In this document: one piece after another, positions 1 to 12,911 of the stretch | Position numbering within the stretch: position 1 is the first letter of the stretch | Layout of the letters: the number at the start of each line of letters is the position of its first letter | Assembly: GCA_048013815.1 (NCBI GenBank) | Contig: CM106585.1 | Span: 2,976,001 to 3,040,000, forward strand | Origin: Setoptus koraiensis | Lineage: Eukaryota > Animalia > Arthropoda | Direction of reading: 5' to 3' | DNA length: 64,000 nucleotides | The notes under the pieces: generated by a model | The model's input: only the letters and a program-made list of their open reading frames with translations | What the model was told of the DNA's origin: nothing | Database searches by the model: none | Translations under genes and position numbers: made by a program

Positions 1-3000
1 AGACAATTCACTGGTATGCCATTCCATTTAGTTTGAAACATAGGGCCGCCCGGATTCATCATGGCTAAAACTTTTCTAGGATCTATGTGACGATGCCTCT
101 GTGTAGGATTGACAAGACCAGCCTGAAATAGTGCGGCCGTTTTAGAGATTTGCTCCTGTTCACTTTTATCCATTTTATACTTGAAGACAAAAATGACTAT
201 TATAATCATCGACATGATGGCGATTACTCCAGTTACAACGCCCACTATTATCATATCTATTTCGGTCAACCAGTTACTAGGTATCCGCGCCATAGAGCTA
301 CCAGAGGCAACAAGCTTTGTTGTCGTTGATCTCTGTTGTATCGATTTACTTGAAGGAGAACGGGAGAACGAAGTCAAAATGAGGTGATCGTCTAGGAAAT
401 TCATATAAGTTTGCCCATTATCCTCACTCTTCAATAAAATATTTTCTTGTTCTTTTTGTTGTGTGGCACAAATGAGATCACTATAGCTGATATCCAGAAG
501 GCGTTTGTCGCGACTCTTGAAAGGAAAATGACATCTAAGATCTTTTGTTTGTAGAACAATCACATTGTTGAGCTTGTTTCGCTGATGTCCATAATATAGA
601 TTGGCATCAGCCGTGGCCAGTGAATGATGACGGCCAGCTAATTGCTCATTGTTGTCAATAATGTTGTAATCTTGTTGCTGGTGGGGATGCTGACGGTCGA
701 CAGGCAACAACAGATTATTATATCGGCTGTCGATTAATGTTATCGAATCGTTTAGCCAGTTCCAGAATGGTCGCATGTTGCAATCACAGTTGATCGGGTT
801 TTGGCCCAATTCAACAGAGGAAATCCTGAGCAAATCTTGATCCAGCTTATTTGATTGAATTGTTGTAATTAAATTGTGTTCTACATTTAAATCTATGATA
901 CTGCTCTTTGGTAGGTAGTGCGCCAATTGTCGAAGTGGTATCTGTGACAATGATGTGAACGTTATTGTCAACTTGAATCCATTAGTAGCCGTTAGTCCCT
1001 GGAATGCTCCTCCTTTAATTTCCATCAAACTCTGTCCAGTCAACGTCAGGCGATTCAATTTGGGTGATGCCAATCCCGATAAAACTAGCTGATTGTTTAA
1101 TTCTACTGCATTGTTTCTGGTAAAAGTGGAGGAATTATCATCATTAGATTTACCCGAAAGATTTGCGGGTATTTGTAGATCGTAAACTTCTAAATGAACA
1201 TCAGCTAATTGGTGTTTTATGGTGTGGATTTGACCCTCTACTTGCGATTGGTAACAGTCAGAGGCCAACAAAGATAGAGGTATCTTTTGTTGTAGCTGTC
1301 GCTTACGGCTGGCTAGACTTGCTGTCACTAGACTAGGATAATTGAACATACTGATGGATTTTAATTGTTTCAAATTAGACAAAAACCTGCAATCCAATTG
1401 TGCCAACATTAATAAATTGTTTAATTTGAGCGATTGAAGCTGTTGCAGGGGTGCAAAGTCGAGCTCGTCAATTTGACTCCAATGATTATCGCTGAGATAC
1501 AAATTCTCCATTGTTGTACCAATACTGGCCCATAGACTGTTGTATAAATGTAGCCTTGTTAATAGATTGTTGCTGAGGTCTAGTTCTCGCAATCGGTGTA
1601 TTTTATCAAAGGCTCTTGGTGCAATCCACTGCAAATTATTTGACGACAAATTGAGACTAATTAAATAGGGAGCCTCGATGGGAGTGGTGATAGAATAAAC
1701 GTCAATTGGTTCCTGAGGTTTACTGATACCCTTGCTTCTAGTGCTGTTTCGTAACTGTTTTGATTGTTGATTTGAAACTTGTTGCAGCCTGGACAAATAA
1801 GTTGCAAAGTTGCGTGTAGAGGCCAGATTCAAATAACGGACACTCTTTGATTCTCCAATAAGTAGATTGTTTGACTCCACATTAAAGGGATTGTGGGCCA
1901 CGTTCAATTGCTTGATATTGATCAGTATATTAGTGTTCGGTGGCAAACGTTGCATTCTGTTGTGGCTGATATCGACATTTTCCAATGATGAATAATGATT
2001 GTTCAATAATTGATGCGGAAACTCGGTCAGTTTATTATAACTTAAATCTAGGGACTCTAAACGGAGAGCAAATATTAAATGATAATTGGACTGAATCAAT
2101 TTTGTATAGAATCCAATTGGAAGGTCCTCGATGAAATTATGGCTCATGTTCAAATTCAATTGAGTGATGGACGACAGCTCGTTGAGAATAGTTTGCTTCA
2201 CTGATGTAATCTGATTGTAGGCCAGATTCAATGATCTCAAGCGAGATAGTGCCGGCCATTCGTTTGTTGGTATCGACTGGCTAGGATTTCCATCGATCAT
2301 CATGTGAGCGGTCATATTCTTCGAGCCAGCTTGGCCGGAGCGAGTTGCTCCATCTTCTAGAAAATCCTTCCTTATGATGTCTCTACCCACAGATTGAAGT
2401 TCATTGAAACTAAAATCTAATGATCTAATTAGACGAGCTTGTTTGAACTGAATATTATCCAATATTTGCAGACGATTGTGAGATACATCCAGTTCTTCCA
2501 ATTTAAACGAGACTTGTCTCACATTGGAGCTGAATAGATCATTTGGAATGAATGCCAAACGATTATGGGCTAAATTCAATTTTTTCAAATTGACATGCAA
2601 ACTGAATGAATGTGGGCGCAAATGACTTATGTGATTATGGCTGAGATCCAGTTCAATCAAATTAGATGTTGTCATGGGAGAATACTGAAAGTAGTCCTCC
2701 TTCCAAATAGTTAGCTTGTTGTTGTCCAATTTCAGTCTCTCTAGCTTGACTAAAAAACTGAAAGCCTCATTCTTGATACTTTCCAATTGATTGTGACTCA
2801 TATCAATGAATAGTAATGATGCCATCGATTCAAATGTCTTCCTTTGCAATTCACGCAATTTATTCCTACTAATGTGCAATTGTTTCAATTTGTCCACTTG
2901 ATTGTAACTGAATGAACCCAAATCAATTTTGTGCAAATGATTTGAATTTAAATTTAATATTTCTAATTTGTTTGCATACTTGAACCATTCTGAGTGAATT

Positions 3001-5873
3001 TTTGTGATGAAATTGTAACTCAAATCCAGCAATTTTAATGATTGCAGGAAATTGAGCTGATCAAATAGGACTGTAACATTGCTTAGTTGATTGTTGGCTA
3101 AATTTAGTTCGCTCAAAGAGTCCATCGGCTGCTGTAATAGTGCCGGCCAATTAGTGAGTCGATTAAATGATAGGTCTAGTATCCTTAGTGACTTTCGGCT
3201 ATTCTCAAATAAAACATTCAATGGTGCTATAGATTTCAATCTATTATTGTTCAACGACAACTCTACCAGACGAGAAAAGCGACGCAGAGATTCAACGGGT
3301 AGGGTCTTGATTAAATTGTGATTAATAGATAACTTTACGAGTGCCACCAAGCTACTCATTGATTGTTCCGTAAGCGTCTCAATAGAGTTAAAATCCAAGT
3401 TGAGCTCCTCTATGGTATTTTGGCTCAATGTATCATGCTGTTGTTGTATGATATTGGATGTCTGTGTTTCATTGTTGGTGCTGTTGCTCAGTAATGACGA
3501 CAACTCCGTCGGCGTATAAGGGGATTGTGTCTTGATAATTGGTACTGTTGTTAAACGATTGTCGCTTAAATCCAACAGTTTTAAATTTGAGCTCAATTCG
3601 GATAATTTTATAAGCAAGTTAGCTTTATTGTTATCACTGAGCTGACTATTGTGCGACATTTCACCATCCAGTTGATCCGTCTCCTCATCTAGATAATCAT
3701 TGTCTTGTCCAGTCGGTATCGACCTATTGGCTTGTATTGTCAAAAGGTTAGGACTAAGACGATTGACACCCAATTTGAGCACCTCCAAATGATTGAGGCC
3801 AGCAAAGGCACCCAATCTAAATGTTGACTGGTGCTTTATGCTGTTGTGATCGTCATCTATCTTGCCAGTGTTGTTGTTGTTGATGCTGTTTTGAAGTCGA
3901 ATTGTTGTTGCAGCTCTGTTTAGATGCAACAAATTGCCAGTCAAATCTAAATATCTCAAATTGTCTACCAGATTATACACCGAACTAACATAGCCTTCCT
4001 CTATATGACTAATGCGATTGTAGGCTAGATTGAGATGGCTCAATTGATGAAAATTCAGCAACACGTCACCGGGAAATTCATCTAATAGATTGTGTGACAA
4101 ATCAAGTGTAAATTGACTATTATTGTCGAGCTTCATGTTTGACAATGACTCAAATGATAATTTTGTCAATTTTCTAATGTTGTTGTTGGATAGTTTTAAT
4201 ACTTTTAATTGTTGCACTTGTTGCAGCATTTGAGTGTCTTTGATTGTAGATAATAGATTGTTGCTTAAATCAAGCAATCTCAGATTCATAGGTAATAAGC
4301 ATTGTTGTTGGTGTTGCTGATGATCCAACGTTATTAGTCTGTTGCCGCTTAAATCCAGATAGACGAGACTCTTGAGAGGAAACAACAGATCCAGTGGAAC
4401 AAACTGAAATAGATTATCACTAAGATCTAAATATTTCAATTTTTGCATTGTGTTCAGCAGTTTGTCCTCTATTAATCTGAGCTGATTGTTGGCCAAACTA
4501 AGCCACTCTAATTTTGTCAATCGCCTAAGTTCATCCGTGGACATAATACTGCTGGAACGGCTGTCACCTAATAGATTGTGGGCCAAATTCAATCGTTTTA
4601 GTTTGTCTTCTAAACCGTGAAAAGTGTCACTCATAAACGCTCTCAGTCTATTATGTGACAGGTCTATTTCTTCCAAATTGATTAGATTTAATGAGAATAA
4701 TTTTTGAGCTTGAATAGTCTGCAATGCTGAATATCGTTGACTGTATATTTTGATATTGTTGCCATGACTAAATTGCAGACGCCTACTACTAGCACCGTTA
4801 ATACCAGGACTATCACTGGTGCCATTAACTGACAATGATGATGATGACCCATTAGATTGCAATGATGAAGGCGACACGGGCGATTCGAGGAAACTAATTG
4901 AGTCTAATTGATTAGAATCGACCAGTTGTACATAGTCACAATTAAGATGCACACCGCCATCTGATAACGATCTGATTGCATCATCTAAATAATCGTCATG
5001 AAAATGATTTTTTGAGGCCAATGTCGCTTGCCGTCCTTTGCTTGTCTCACATAAACAGGGCAACAGTGGGTTAGGATTGAATAGTAAATGATCACAATTT
5101 AGATATTGGTTATCGTTGTTGTTTTTTGAGGCTGACTGATCTTGTTTATTGGGTTCAATAGGTTGTTGTGACGATGAGGGATCTTCGTTGCTGCTCTTGT
5201 GTTCGATAACAACGGGTGGAACTATTACTGTTGTTGGCACATTGTCAAACATTTGACCATCTATGACCATGGCCGTGGTATCACTCAGATTTTGTCTAAC
5301 ATTTTGCTGTTGCTTGAGTATTTGAGCTCGCATTTTCAACTCCAATTGTCTCTCTTGTTCTAGATCTAGATATTTTTTGCTCAACAAAGAAGCAACTTCC
5401 TCTAGACTGGCGCGCGTCGGCGTTAGTGTTGTTGCTGTAACATTCATGTCATCTTGCAATGACTTGGTGCTATTTAGTATTATGTCACTGTTATTAACAT
5501 CAGCAACATTAGGCTGTGTGAAATTGGAATCACAGCTAACAATTAGCGTGGATCTATGGATAACGTTGATAGGATTTAACAATGTCAACATTGTTGTTGC
5601 GATCATAATATACAGTGGTAACGTTCTGATTTTAAAGTTGTTGCTATTGGTATCATAATTCAGCATGATTTTTCTTCTGAATAAATGGCTCTTGTTGGCA
5701 TTGTTGCAATGAGCAAAGCGACCATAGCAAACTTCATTGATGGGCTTCATTGTGAATTTTGGTTGTTGCTGCTGCTGTTTCAATCTTGGGGGCTTTCTAG
5801 GTGGTTTCAACATGTCGTTGATGAAACACAAATTTTGTTTAAAATAATCTTGGTGTGATGGTGATACGAGCAT
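1..5873 (-). CDS. Large leucine-rich-repeat single-pass membrane protein (chaoptin/artichoke/Toll-ectodomain-like), ~1957 aa visible, 3'-partial (runs off the window start)
   Basis: Manual minus-strand translation gives one open frame from ATG 5873 to base 1 with no stop, which is probably why the ORF track omits it. It has dozens of LxxLxLxxNxL repeats (LEEIDLSHNRL, LKYLDLSDNLF, LRILDLSFNRL, LESLDLSYNKL), an LRRCT cap (NPINCDCNMRPFWNWL...LRCHFP...LIC) and a TM helix MIIVGVVTGVIAIMSMIIIVIFVF near 190-260. The hydrophobic stretch LPLYIMIATTMLTLL follows the in-frame ATG at 5666, which may be the true start. Confidence 0.9.
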   Translation of the reverse strand, partial: MLVSPSHQDYFKQNLCFINDMLKPPRKPPRLKQQQQQPKFTMKPINEVCYGRFAHCNNANKSHLFRRKIMLNYDTNSNNFKIRTLPLYIMIATTMLTLLNPINVIHRSTLIVSCDSNFTQPNVADVNNSDIILNSTKSLQDDMNVTATTLTPTRASLEEVASLLSKKYLDLEQERQLELKMRAQILKQQQNVRQNLSDTTAMVIDGQMFDNVPTTVIVPPVVIEHKSSNEDPSSSQQPIEPNKQDQSASKNNNDNQYLNCDHLLFNPNPLLPCLCETSKGRQATLASKNHFHDDYLDDAIRSLSDGGVHLNCDYVQLVDSNQLDSISFLESPVSPSSLQSNGSSSSLSVNGTSDSPGINGASSRRLQFSHGNNIKIYSQRYSALQTIQAQKLFSLNLINLEEIDLSHNRLRAFMSDTFHGLEDKLKRLNLAHNLLGDSRSSSIMSTDELRRLTKLEWLSLANNQLRLIEDKLLNTMQKLKYLDLSDNLFQFVPLDLLFPLKSLVYLDLSGNRLITLDHQQHQQQCLLPMNLRLLDLSNNLLSTIKDTQMLQQVQQLKVLKLSNNNIRKLTKLSFESLSNMKLDNNSQFTLDLSHNLLDEFPGDVLLNFHQLSHLNLAYNRISHIEEGYVSSVYNLVDNLRYLDLTGNLLHLNRAATTIRLQNSINNNNTGKIDDDHNSIKHQSTFRLGAFAGLNHLEVLKLGVNRLSPNLLTIQANRSIPTGQDNDYLDEETDQLDGEMSHNSQLSDNNKANLLIKLSELSSNLKLLDLSDNRLTTVPIIKTQSPYTPTELSSLLSNSTNNETQTSNIIQQQHDTLSQNTIEELNLDFNSIETLTEQSMSSLVALVKLSINHNLIKTLPVESLRRFSRLVELSLNNNRLKSIAPLNVLFENSRKSLRILDLSFNRLTNWPALLQQPMDSLSELNLANNQLSNVTVLFDQLNFLQSLKLLDLSYNFITKIHSEWFKYANKLEILNLNSNHLHKIDLGSFSYNQVDKLKQLHISRNKLRELQRKTFESMASLLFIDMSHNQLESIKNEAFSFLVKLERLKLDNNKLTIWKEDYFQYSPMTTSNLIELDLSHNHISHLRPHSFSLHVNLKKLNLAHNRLAFIPNDLFSSNVRQVSFKLEELDVSHNRLQILDNIQFKQARLIRSLDFSFNELQSVGRDIIRKDFLEDGATRSGQAGSKNMTAHMMIDGNPSQSIPTNEWPALSRLRSLNLAYNQITSVKQTILNELSSITQLNLNMSHNFIEDLPIGFYTKLIQSNYHLIFALRLESLDLSYNKLTEFPHQLLNNHYSSLENVDISHNRMQRLPPNTNILINIKQLNVAHNPFNVESNNLLIGESKSVRYLNLASTRNFATYLSRLQQVSNQQSKQLRNSTRSKGISKPQEPIDVYSITTPIEAPYLISLNLSSNNLQWIAPRAFDKIHRLRELDLSNNLLTRLHLYNSLWASIGTTMENLYLSDNHWSQIDELDFAPLQQLQSLKLNNLLMLAQLDCRFLSNLKQLKSISMFNYPSLVTASLASRKRQLQQKIPLSLLASDCYQSQVEGQIHTIKHQLADVHLEVYDLQIPANLSGKSNDDNSSTFTRNNAVELNNQLVLSGLASPKLNRLTLTGQSLMEIKGGAFQGLTATNGFKLTITFTSLSQIPLRQLAHYLPKSSIIDLNVEHNLITTIQSNKLDQDLLRISSVELGQNPINCDCNMRPFWNWLNDSITLIDSRYNNLLLPVDRQHPHQQQDYNIIDNNEQLAGRHHSLATADANLYYGHQRNKLNNVIVLQTKDLRCHFPFKSRDKRLLDISYSDLICATQQKEQENILLKSEDNGQTYMNFLDDHLILTSFSRSPSSKSIQQRSTTTKLVASGSSMARIPSNWLTEIDMIIVGVVTGVIAIMSMIIIVIFVFKYKMDKSEQEQISKTAALFQAGLVNPTQRHRHIDPRKVLAMMNPGGPMFQTKWNGIPVNC

Positions 5874-7355
5874 CGTTGACAAACGCTAACACAATTTATC
5901 GGTTGCGCCGCTGATTAATGGTGATGATCACATGTAAATGATTATTATTATTATTAATTATAATTAAATTGATTGTGGCAAGATAAACCAAAAAGTTGCT
6001 GGTACAACTCATACAACTGACTCGATTCACTCATAACTCATAACTGTTGCTGTGAACTCTAGCAGTGAGCAGGCTGGCTTTGAATATTTTAATTAGTTGG
6101 TCATTTGTTTGTTGGTAATGACACCAGTTGTCAGTGGACACACACAAACGCACACACGCCCCATAAACACTTTTAACTGATTATGTAACCGATGAAGATT
6201 GAATGTAAGCGATTTCTAAATCTGTTTGCAGTGTGCAATCGAGTTGCATACCTTCCTAATAGTGGTTGTCAAGAATAGTTATGTTACCATGTGATGTGAT
6301 TCGATTTAGTTTAGTTGGATTTAGTTAATTTAATTTAATAGTATGAGAATGAATAAAAGTTTGGCGAATAAGTTTGCCGAAACTGTTGTGACTCGAATAC
6401 GCCAAACGCATACACAGCTGAACAATCTAATAATCTTCTTTGCTTACACTTTGACTTTGCTATGTGTGTGTGTGTGTGTGTGCGTGTGTGCCAATGGTCG
6501 AGCCGAAGTGACTGCGAAAATTCGCTGGCAAGCTAGCTCGTTGCTGCCAGTTGACCGTTACCTTTCATGCTTGTTGCTTCGAATGATAGCGCTAGTTCAT
6601 TCTGGTTCATTTATCATTCTTGTCGCTTTGCTCGCAGTGGTACCAGTAGTGGCTGTCCGTTTGTTTGTCTCTCCCTCTCCCTATCTCTCTCTCTCTCCCT
6701 GCCCGAGTCTGTGTGTGTAGCTTGCCGGCCGGCCGGCCGGTCGACCGACTGACTGACTGGCTGGCTTGCTAGCTGATGCAAGCTGAACAAAACTGAACAA
6801 TCATCAAATAAAGAGTGTGTGGCGTAACTCGAAACTTGTGTCAGTTGGTCGGTGTCAGTTAGTCGGTGTTAGTGAGTAAAAGTAAAAGTTGACTCAAACT
6901 CGACGACTAAATGTTGACTTCTAAATCAATGATAATGAGTTTGCTGAACTTGTTGTTGTTGCTGATCGCGTCCCATCATCGTAGCTGGATGGCGCATAAG
7001 TCGTTGCTGTCGTTGCTGTTGTTGCTGTCGTTGCTGTTGTGGTCAATGTGCCACAAAACACACACACACACACACTGACACACAGAGGAGACTTATTGAA
7101 AGTTGAATCAATTAGATGAGTTAAAAAGTGAAAAAATAAACATAAATAATCAACGGTGACAAGCGACTCTGTTTCGTTATCGCTCACCTAGATTAACTTG
7201 ATTTAGCATGGCGATATCATGACGACGAGGACGACGATGATGGTCATCGTTTGTTCACCTTTGCTGTTTATTATCGCTGATTATTGTTGCTGCTGGTTGG
7301 TGTTGCTGTCAATTTGCTTATATCGGGTCATGACAACTAACTTGTTGGCGTGAGG

Positions 7356-7388
<33 letters not shown>

Positions 7389-10300
7389 GTGTTGCAAGTT
7401 ATCAGTCAGTTCGCTTGGAGGCGAGTTTAAGTTGGTAAATTGGTTTAAATTATGACACCGTATGAGTTTTAGTGTGTGCAGTCAGTTTAACAAGCTAATT
7501 ATGTTGTATTCGTGGGACGAATTTGTGTGTGTGTGTGTTGCGCGGGAATAAACATACACTGACACTATGATACGACAACAGGTAATGCAACAACAAGCAC
7601 CTGTCGCATATATGAAATAATCTTCAATTTGCGCCCGTTGCCCAGACTGTAACTGTTGCTTATTGCTTATTGCCTCATCATCCATCACAATCATGAATCT
7701 GGCCTTCTCTCATTTAGGCATGTACACTCTTAGAAACTGCAACACACACACACCAATCCATAAATCATCATCATGATCATCTTATTACATCATCGTTCAA
7801 TAGTTGAGTAGTGGCAGCTTGAGTGAAAAAATGAAAAAGAAGAGGAACGAGAAGAAAAAGGTTACACACACACACACACACACACACAGGCAATATTGGC
7901 AAGCTACTTTTACATTGGTGATGATTAACATTGGCCACATACTAACAACCGCAAACTTATTGGCACCATACTTAGTGTTTAGATTGTTATGCATTTGCTC
8001 TTTTAATTTTCGTTTTAGCTCGCCTCTCTCACTGCATGGCTCACTGGCTGGCTGGCTGGCCAAGTGGCCAGTTCTGTCTGGCTAGTCATCGACTTTTGTG
8101 CGGATGTTAGCTCGGATTTATGCAAAACATCGCCATCACTATCGACGACACCGTCGACAACAACCCCAACAACAGCAACAACAGCAGCGGCAGCAACAAC
8201 AACGTCGACAACATCAACGACGCAAGTGAAACAACCATTATCGTTATCATTACCATCATCATTATGATCATCACCACCGGACAAAAAAAAAACAACAACG
8301 ACACTCGATGGGACTACTACTTCAAGACAGATCTCTATCTGTGTTGAAGTCTGGGAGACGGGCAGCCACAACCAGTTTGGTCTAACCATTTAGTTGTTTA
8401 AGCGTATCATCATTACTTCCTATTGATATTCATTGTTCTTTTTGGTGGCGCGCATCACAACCAATTGCCTGTCTATTAGTTGGCCAGTCGGAACTTTGTA
8501 AACTTGAACCCTTCGTCGGTGCATTGTGACCATTCAATGATACACTGACAACAAGTGTAATGATGATACTCTTGAGTCAAGAGTCTTGACGATGCTGTTT
8601 GTTTGTTTGTCTGTCTATTCCGTCGATTTGCTGCACAGTATGATGTTACCATCACCCGTATATGCAAAAAGTGGCCACTCAAAAACTCGCATGATCGGTC
8701 GAAATTAGTGTCGTCGAGTCAACCTATTGATTGCTCATGCAAGTCTCTGTATCGTTCGCATCTCTGTATATATGTGAATAAAGAATGTTTGCCATTAAGA
8801 GAGAGGAAGTATCTACTTGAGTGTTTCATTGTTTGTCAATTGCATTGCATTGATTCGGGCAGTGATGAGTTAGCATGCAGCAGTCTCTCTAAGGGCCTGA
8901 GGACAGGTAGTACTGAGTTAAGCTGTTATGTAGTAACATCATCACCGCTCTCATCTTTAGATAACATTCGGCATAAGGGGACGCTTATGAGATTGAAGCA
9001 CGCATAGTTCCAATAAAGGGCCTGCCCGTTTCTTGTACCAATAGGCTATAACTCAATTCTACAACTTTTTATCTCATCATGTGGTTACAATACAGATTGG
9101 TGGTCAGCCAAACTCGCTTGTTGAAACACTTACACTGGCATTATTATCATTTTTACAGTAGACTGGTCAGCAGTACTTTTATTATCACTTTGATCATTGC
9201 AAACTATACAGATAACATACAGTTACATAGTAAGATGGTCGCTTCCTTAATGGCGATCGATGATCAGTTATAAATATGATTACGTTTATTTATTTCTATA
9301 TATGTATTATTGATGGAGCTAATACTTGATTTGTGCAATACTCTGTAATGGTATCGTTGATGGTAGTGCAATTGATGATCATTTGCATAATGAAAATCAG
9401 TAAGTTGCGCTAGAACTGTATGTGTTACAAAATAACAACAACAATATTCAACTTTTCGCTAACGACTTGTTGCCACTGCCTGCCGGTCAATAGTGATAAT
9501 GGTGGCAAAGACATTTCATTTTCTTATTGTTGATTATCACTACAACGATCATCATCAACTCATAATTATCAAGTGGCCTTTAATTAACTACGACATGCCA
9601 ATACAAAACATAAACTCGCTCTCCGCCGCTTGCATTTGTCGATTTGCACAAATGTTACATTGTTACACAAGCGTTTATATAGTAATAAAATAAGCGATTC
9701 TCTTCTTGTCTTGTTGTCCGTTAACCACTCATCTCATTGTCAACTCATTACCAAACAGGCAAGACTGGTGCCGACTGACAATGCCAAATGGCTACCTTCA
9801 ACAATCATGATAATGATCTCCATCAGTTCTTTCAGTGAATTCACATACACCTGCTGCTGACCAATGACTAATTCTCTTATCTCTGTGGTCATCTTACAGT
9901 CTCCAGCTTCTCAAATTTCTCTTCTCTTCTTTTCTCTTCCTTTCTTTTCTTGTTTTTCTCATTTTTCTCGCATCCACCAATCTCACACAGCAATAACAAC
10001 CTTCTCTCATCTTGTTATAAACAAGCAAGCGAAAAACATTATTGGATAGACACGCATATCAAGTCCGACAGCAGCATCAGGTTGTGGTTGCCTTTACTAT
10101 TGTTGTGTGAGTAATAATAATAATAATAACCCGTCGCTGGCTAATGCCTCTGTCACAATCTGATGATGCTGTTTGTAGTTCTCTGTTATATTATTATTAT
10201 TGTTATTATTATTATTACGTAAGCACCGTCCACTTGGCTAGCGAGTCTTGTTGAGGTTGCTTAACTCAACTAGCTTAGTTAATGTTAATTCTGGTTTTAC

Positions 10301-12282
10301 TAAAGCAACTTCTATTACCAACCATCTTTGGTTTTACTTTTATCCCCCTAACAAACATTTCCTTTTATTCAGGAATATGCTATCCCTCTGTTTTATAACT
10401 CTCAAAACTCGGCCACTTCTGTACAATCACTTCTGTAAATGGCCATTGAATAATCGAACGACAGATACAATCAGTTTCTCTTTGAATTTCTCATACACTT
10501 TTTCTTGCATGTACTGCGATGTCTTTAATTTCAAATCATTAATTTTTGTTGTTTCTTTTTGTTTCTACACGAACACTAAGGTGCCGCCACAACTTAATTT
10601 CCAAATTGATCCACACTATTGAAGATTATTGTTTGACAATAGATATTCAATAATGGAGGAGAGATCTCGTTATCTTCATATTTTCACGAGATCAACAATC
10701 AATGATAGTGCCAGTTTCCTGTCAAACAAAAAACTCCCCAGATAAGTCAATTTTCTGACACTCTCCCTCTCAAATTCAGTTGTAACATTTGTTTGGTTGG
10801 ATTGGCTAGCTCAGTATTGCTAGTTATTTCCAATAAGACAATCTGCTTATTGGCGTGAATCGCTTGATTTCTCTTTGTCATGAGATCGCTCTTAGTAATC
10901 GGAATTGTTGCTCTTGTTCTCGCAAGAGCAACAATAATAATTGCACTGGCTAGGGGGCAAAAGAAGTGCAAAACCAATGAACCACAACAATACAAAGGGC
11001 ATCGATTAATAAGAACAATTATATTATGGTACACATATTGTGTCATCGTTATCCAAATTTAATTTCTAAACGTTTCAAGCGAATCCTCTGTGCTAGCTTT
11101 CAGTCTATCAAACAAAAATTCCAATCAATGTTAAGTCAGGTAAAAATATGAATGATGATTGGTATGCAGGGAGAGAAAACAGGTAGTAGAGTAACAACTA
11201 TCGTCATTTGTACCTCACTGTTGTATATGTAATGCCAAAACAACTGTGACCGGCTAAATCAAGTATTAGTGATTTACATAAAGTTGTCTTAATTTAAGCT
11301 TTAATAATAATAATAATTATATATATTGAATAAGTCGTGGTGCTTGTTTGCTCACATTGACAAACTTCCTTTACTGGCGCTTTAGTGTCTTGCTTGTTCT
11401 TACAGTTCGCATGCTTAGGTGTGTCATTTTTATTAGAACACAAACATGATAATAATAATGATTACATAAGCTCATTTCAACTAATCTTACCTAAGCTCTC
11501 TCTCTCTCTCTCTCTCCCTTCCTCTCTCTTCGTGTAGTCTTAGCTGGGCAAGCGTTGTTATCTGAATAGTCAATATTCGCACCTTTGTTGGTCACAAGAT
11601 TTGTTATATAAGCTGTATCACAACAATAGATTGAATTGGATTCTTTTCACTGAGATAATCAAATAAACTAATCTAAGATCCATAGTTGATATAGACATGC
11701 ATAGTCTCGTCTCTATTGGTAAACAACTATGAAGAAACATGTCCAAATAAAAGGCTAATTGATCGTCTTAATCGTACCTTTTTTAGTGCCACGAACTGTT
11801 TGTTTGCCAACAGTGATTATTTCTATAGTAATCATGATCAGATAATTATTCGAAGTGAGAAAATAGCCACAAAGTTTTACTTTAACCATAGAAAGCTGGC
11901 ACTAGCTATCTAACTGATTGTATATATATGGTTGGACATTTGGGCGGTTATGACCATAACCAGGAGCCTCGTTGTTATTGACGAGCCATTGAAGATAAGT
12001 TTCCATCTGTAAAAGTTCGCTCTGTCATGTGCATTTTTCTCATGACTGACATAGTATATTGTGAATGAGTCAGCAATATCAGACTGATGAAGACGATAAA
12101 GTGATCTCAATTATATCTGATTGAATAAAACAGATAAATCAAATGTATCAGCTAGATGCTCATGTTATCAGGTTCTGAACATATATTTTGATGGTTCTGC
12201 TAAAACGCAACGGTGCAATCGCCGATACAACACTCTTCCAAGCTAGATCATCAAGAACGAATTTGGATCCAAGAGAATATCG

Positions 12283-12890
12283 ATGGCAGGACTCCCGAGG
12301 TTAGTGCCAGCTAAATGCATTCTCTAGCTAGTTTTTAGAAAAGAAGAAATAGCTCATTATCTTCTATCATAATATTCTGAAAATATTCAGGCTGCTCGGC
12401 ATTGGGTTTGTAGGTTCATTGGCCGTAACATTGATGTTACTAGGTTGCATTCTACCAGGGTAATACAATGATGTCTAACTGGTTCTGCTCAATTTTATAA
12501 TCAACTACACACTGACTCGATTATTCTGATCGCTATTGTTTCATCCATCACATATATGTCAAATTTAACGTCAACGTTATAATGAATAGAAAATGGTGGC
12601 CATTACTAGTGATTGTATTTTATATATTCACTCCTTTGCCATTATTATTTGCATTAAGGACAGGCTATGACCCGATAGACGGAGATTCACCAAGCAAAGC
12701 TAGAGATCTTGCAATATTTTGTTGCACAGGCATGATTGTTTCAACGTTTGCATTTCCCATCTTGTTAACCCGAGCACCCATAGACAACCCGCGCCTAGAT
12801 GCAACTGGTTGCATTTTCACTGAATTGGCAACAATTTGTGTCTACGTGACATGCGGTTTATTTGCTGTTTCAATTAACGAAGAAGATTAG
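12283..12890 (+). CDS. Vps55: Vps55 / leptin receptor overlapping transcript (LEPROT/OB-RGRP) family protein; exons 12283-12299, 12391-12459, 12590-12890
   Basis: GT-AG introns (gttagt...ttcag; gtaata...aatag) join in frame to give MAGLPRLLGIGFVGSLAVTLMLLGCILPGKWWPLLVIVFYIFTPLP...ARDLAIFCCTGMIVSTFAFPILLTR.... This matches the family pattern MAGIK.L..L...G.....LGCAL....WPL.V..FYI..P.P and ELA.F.TTG.VVS.F.LP. Confidence 0.92.
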
Positions 12891-12911
12891 TAAATTACCA
12901 CATGATGCGTT

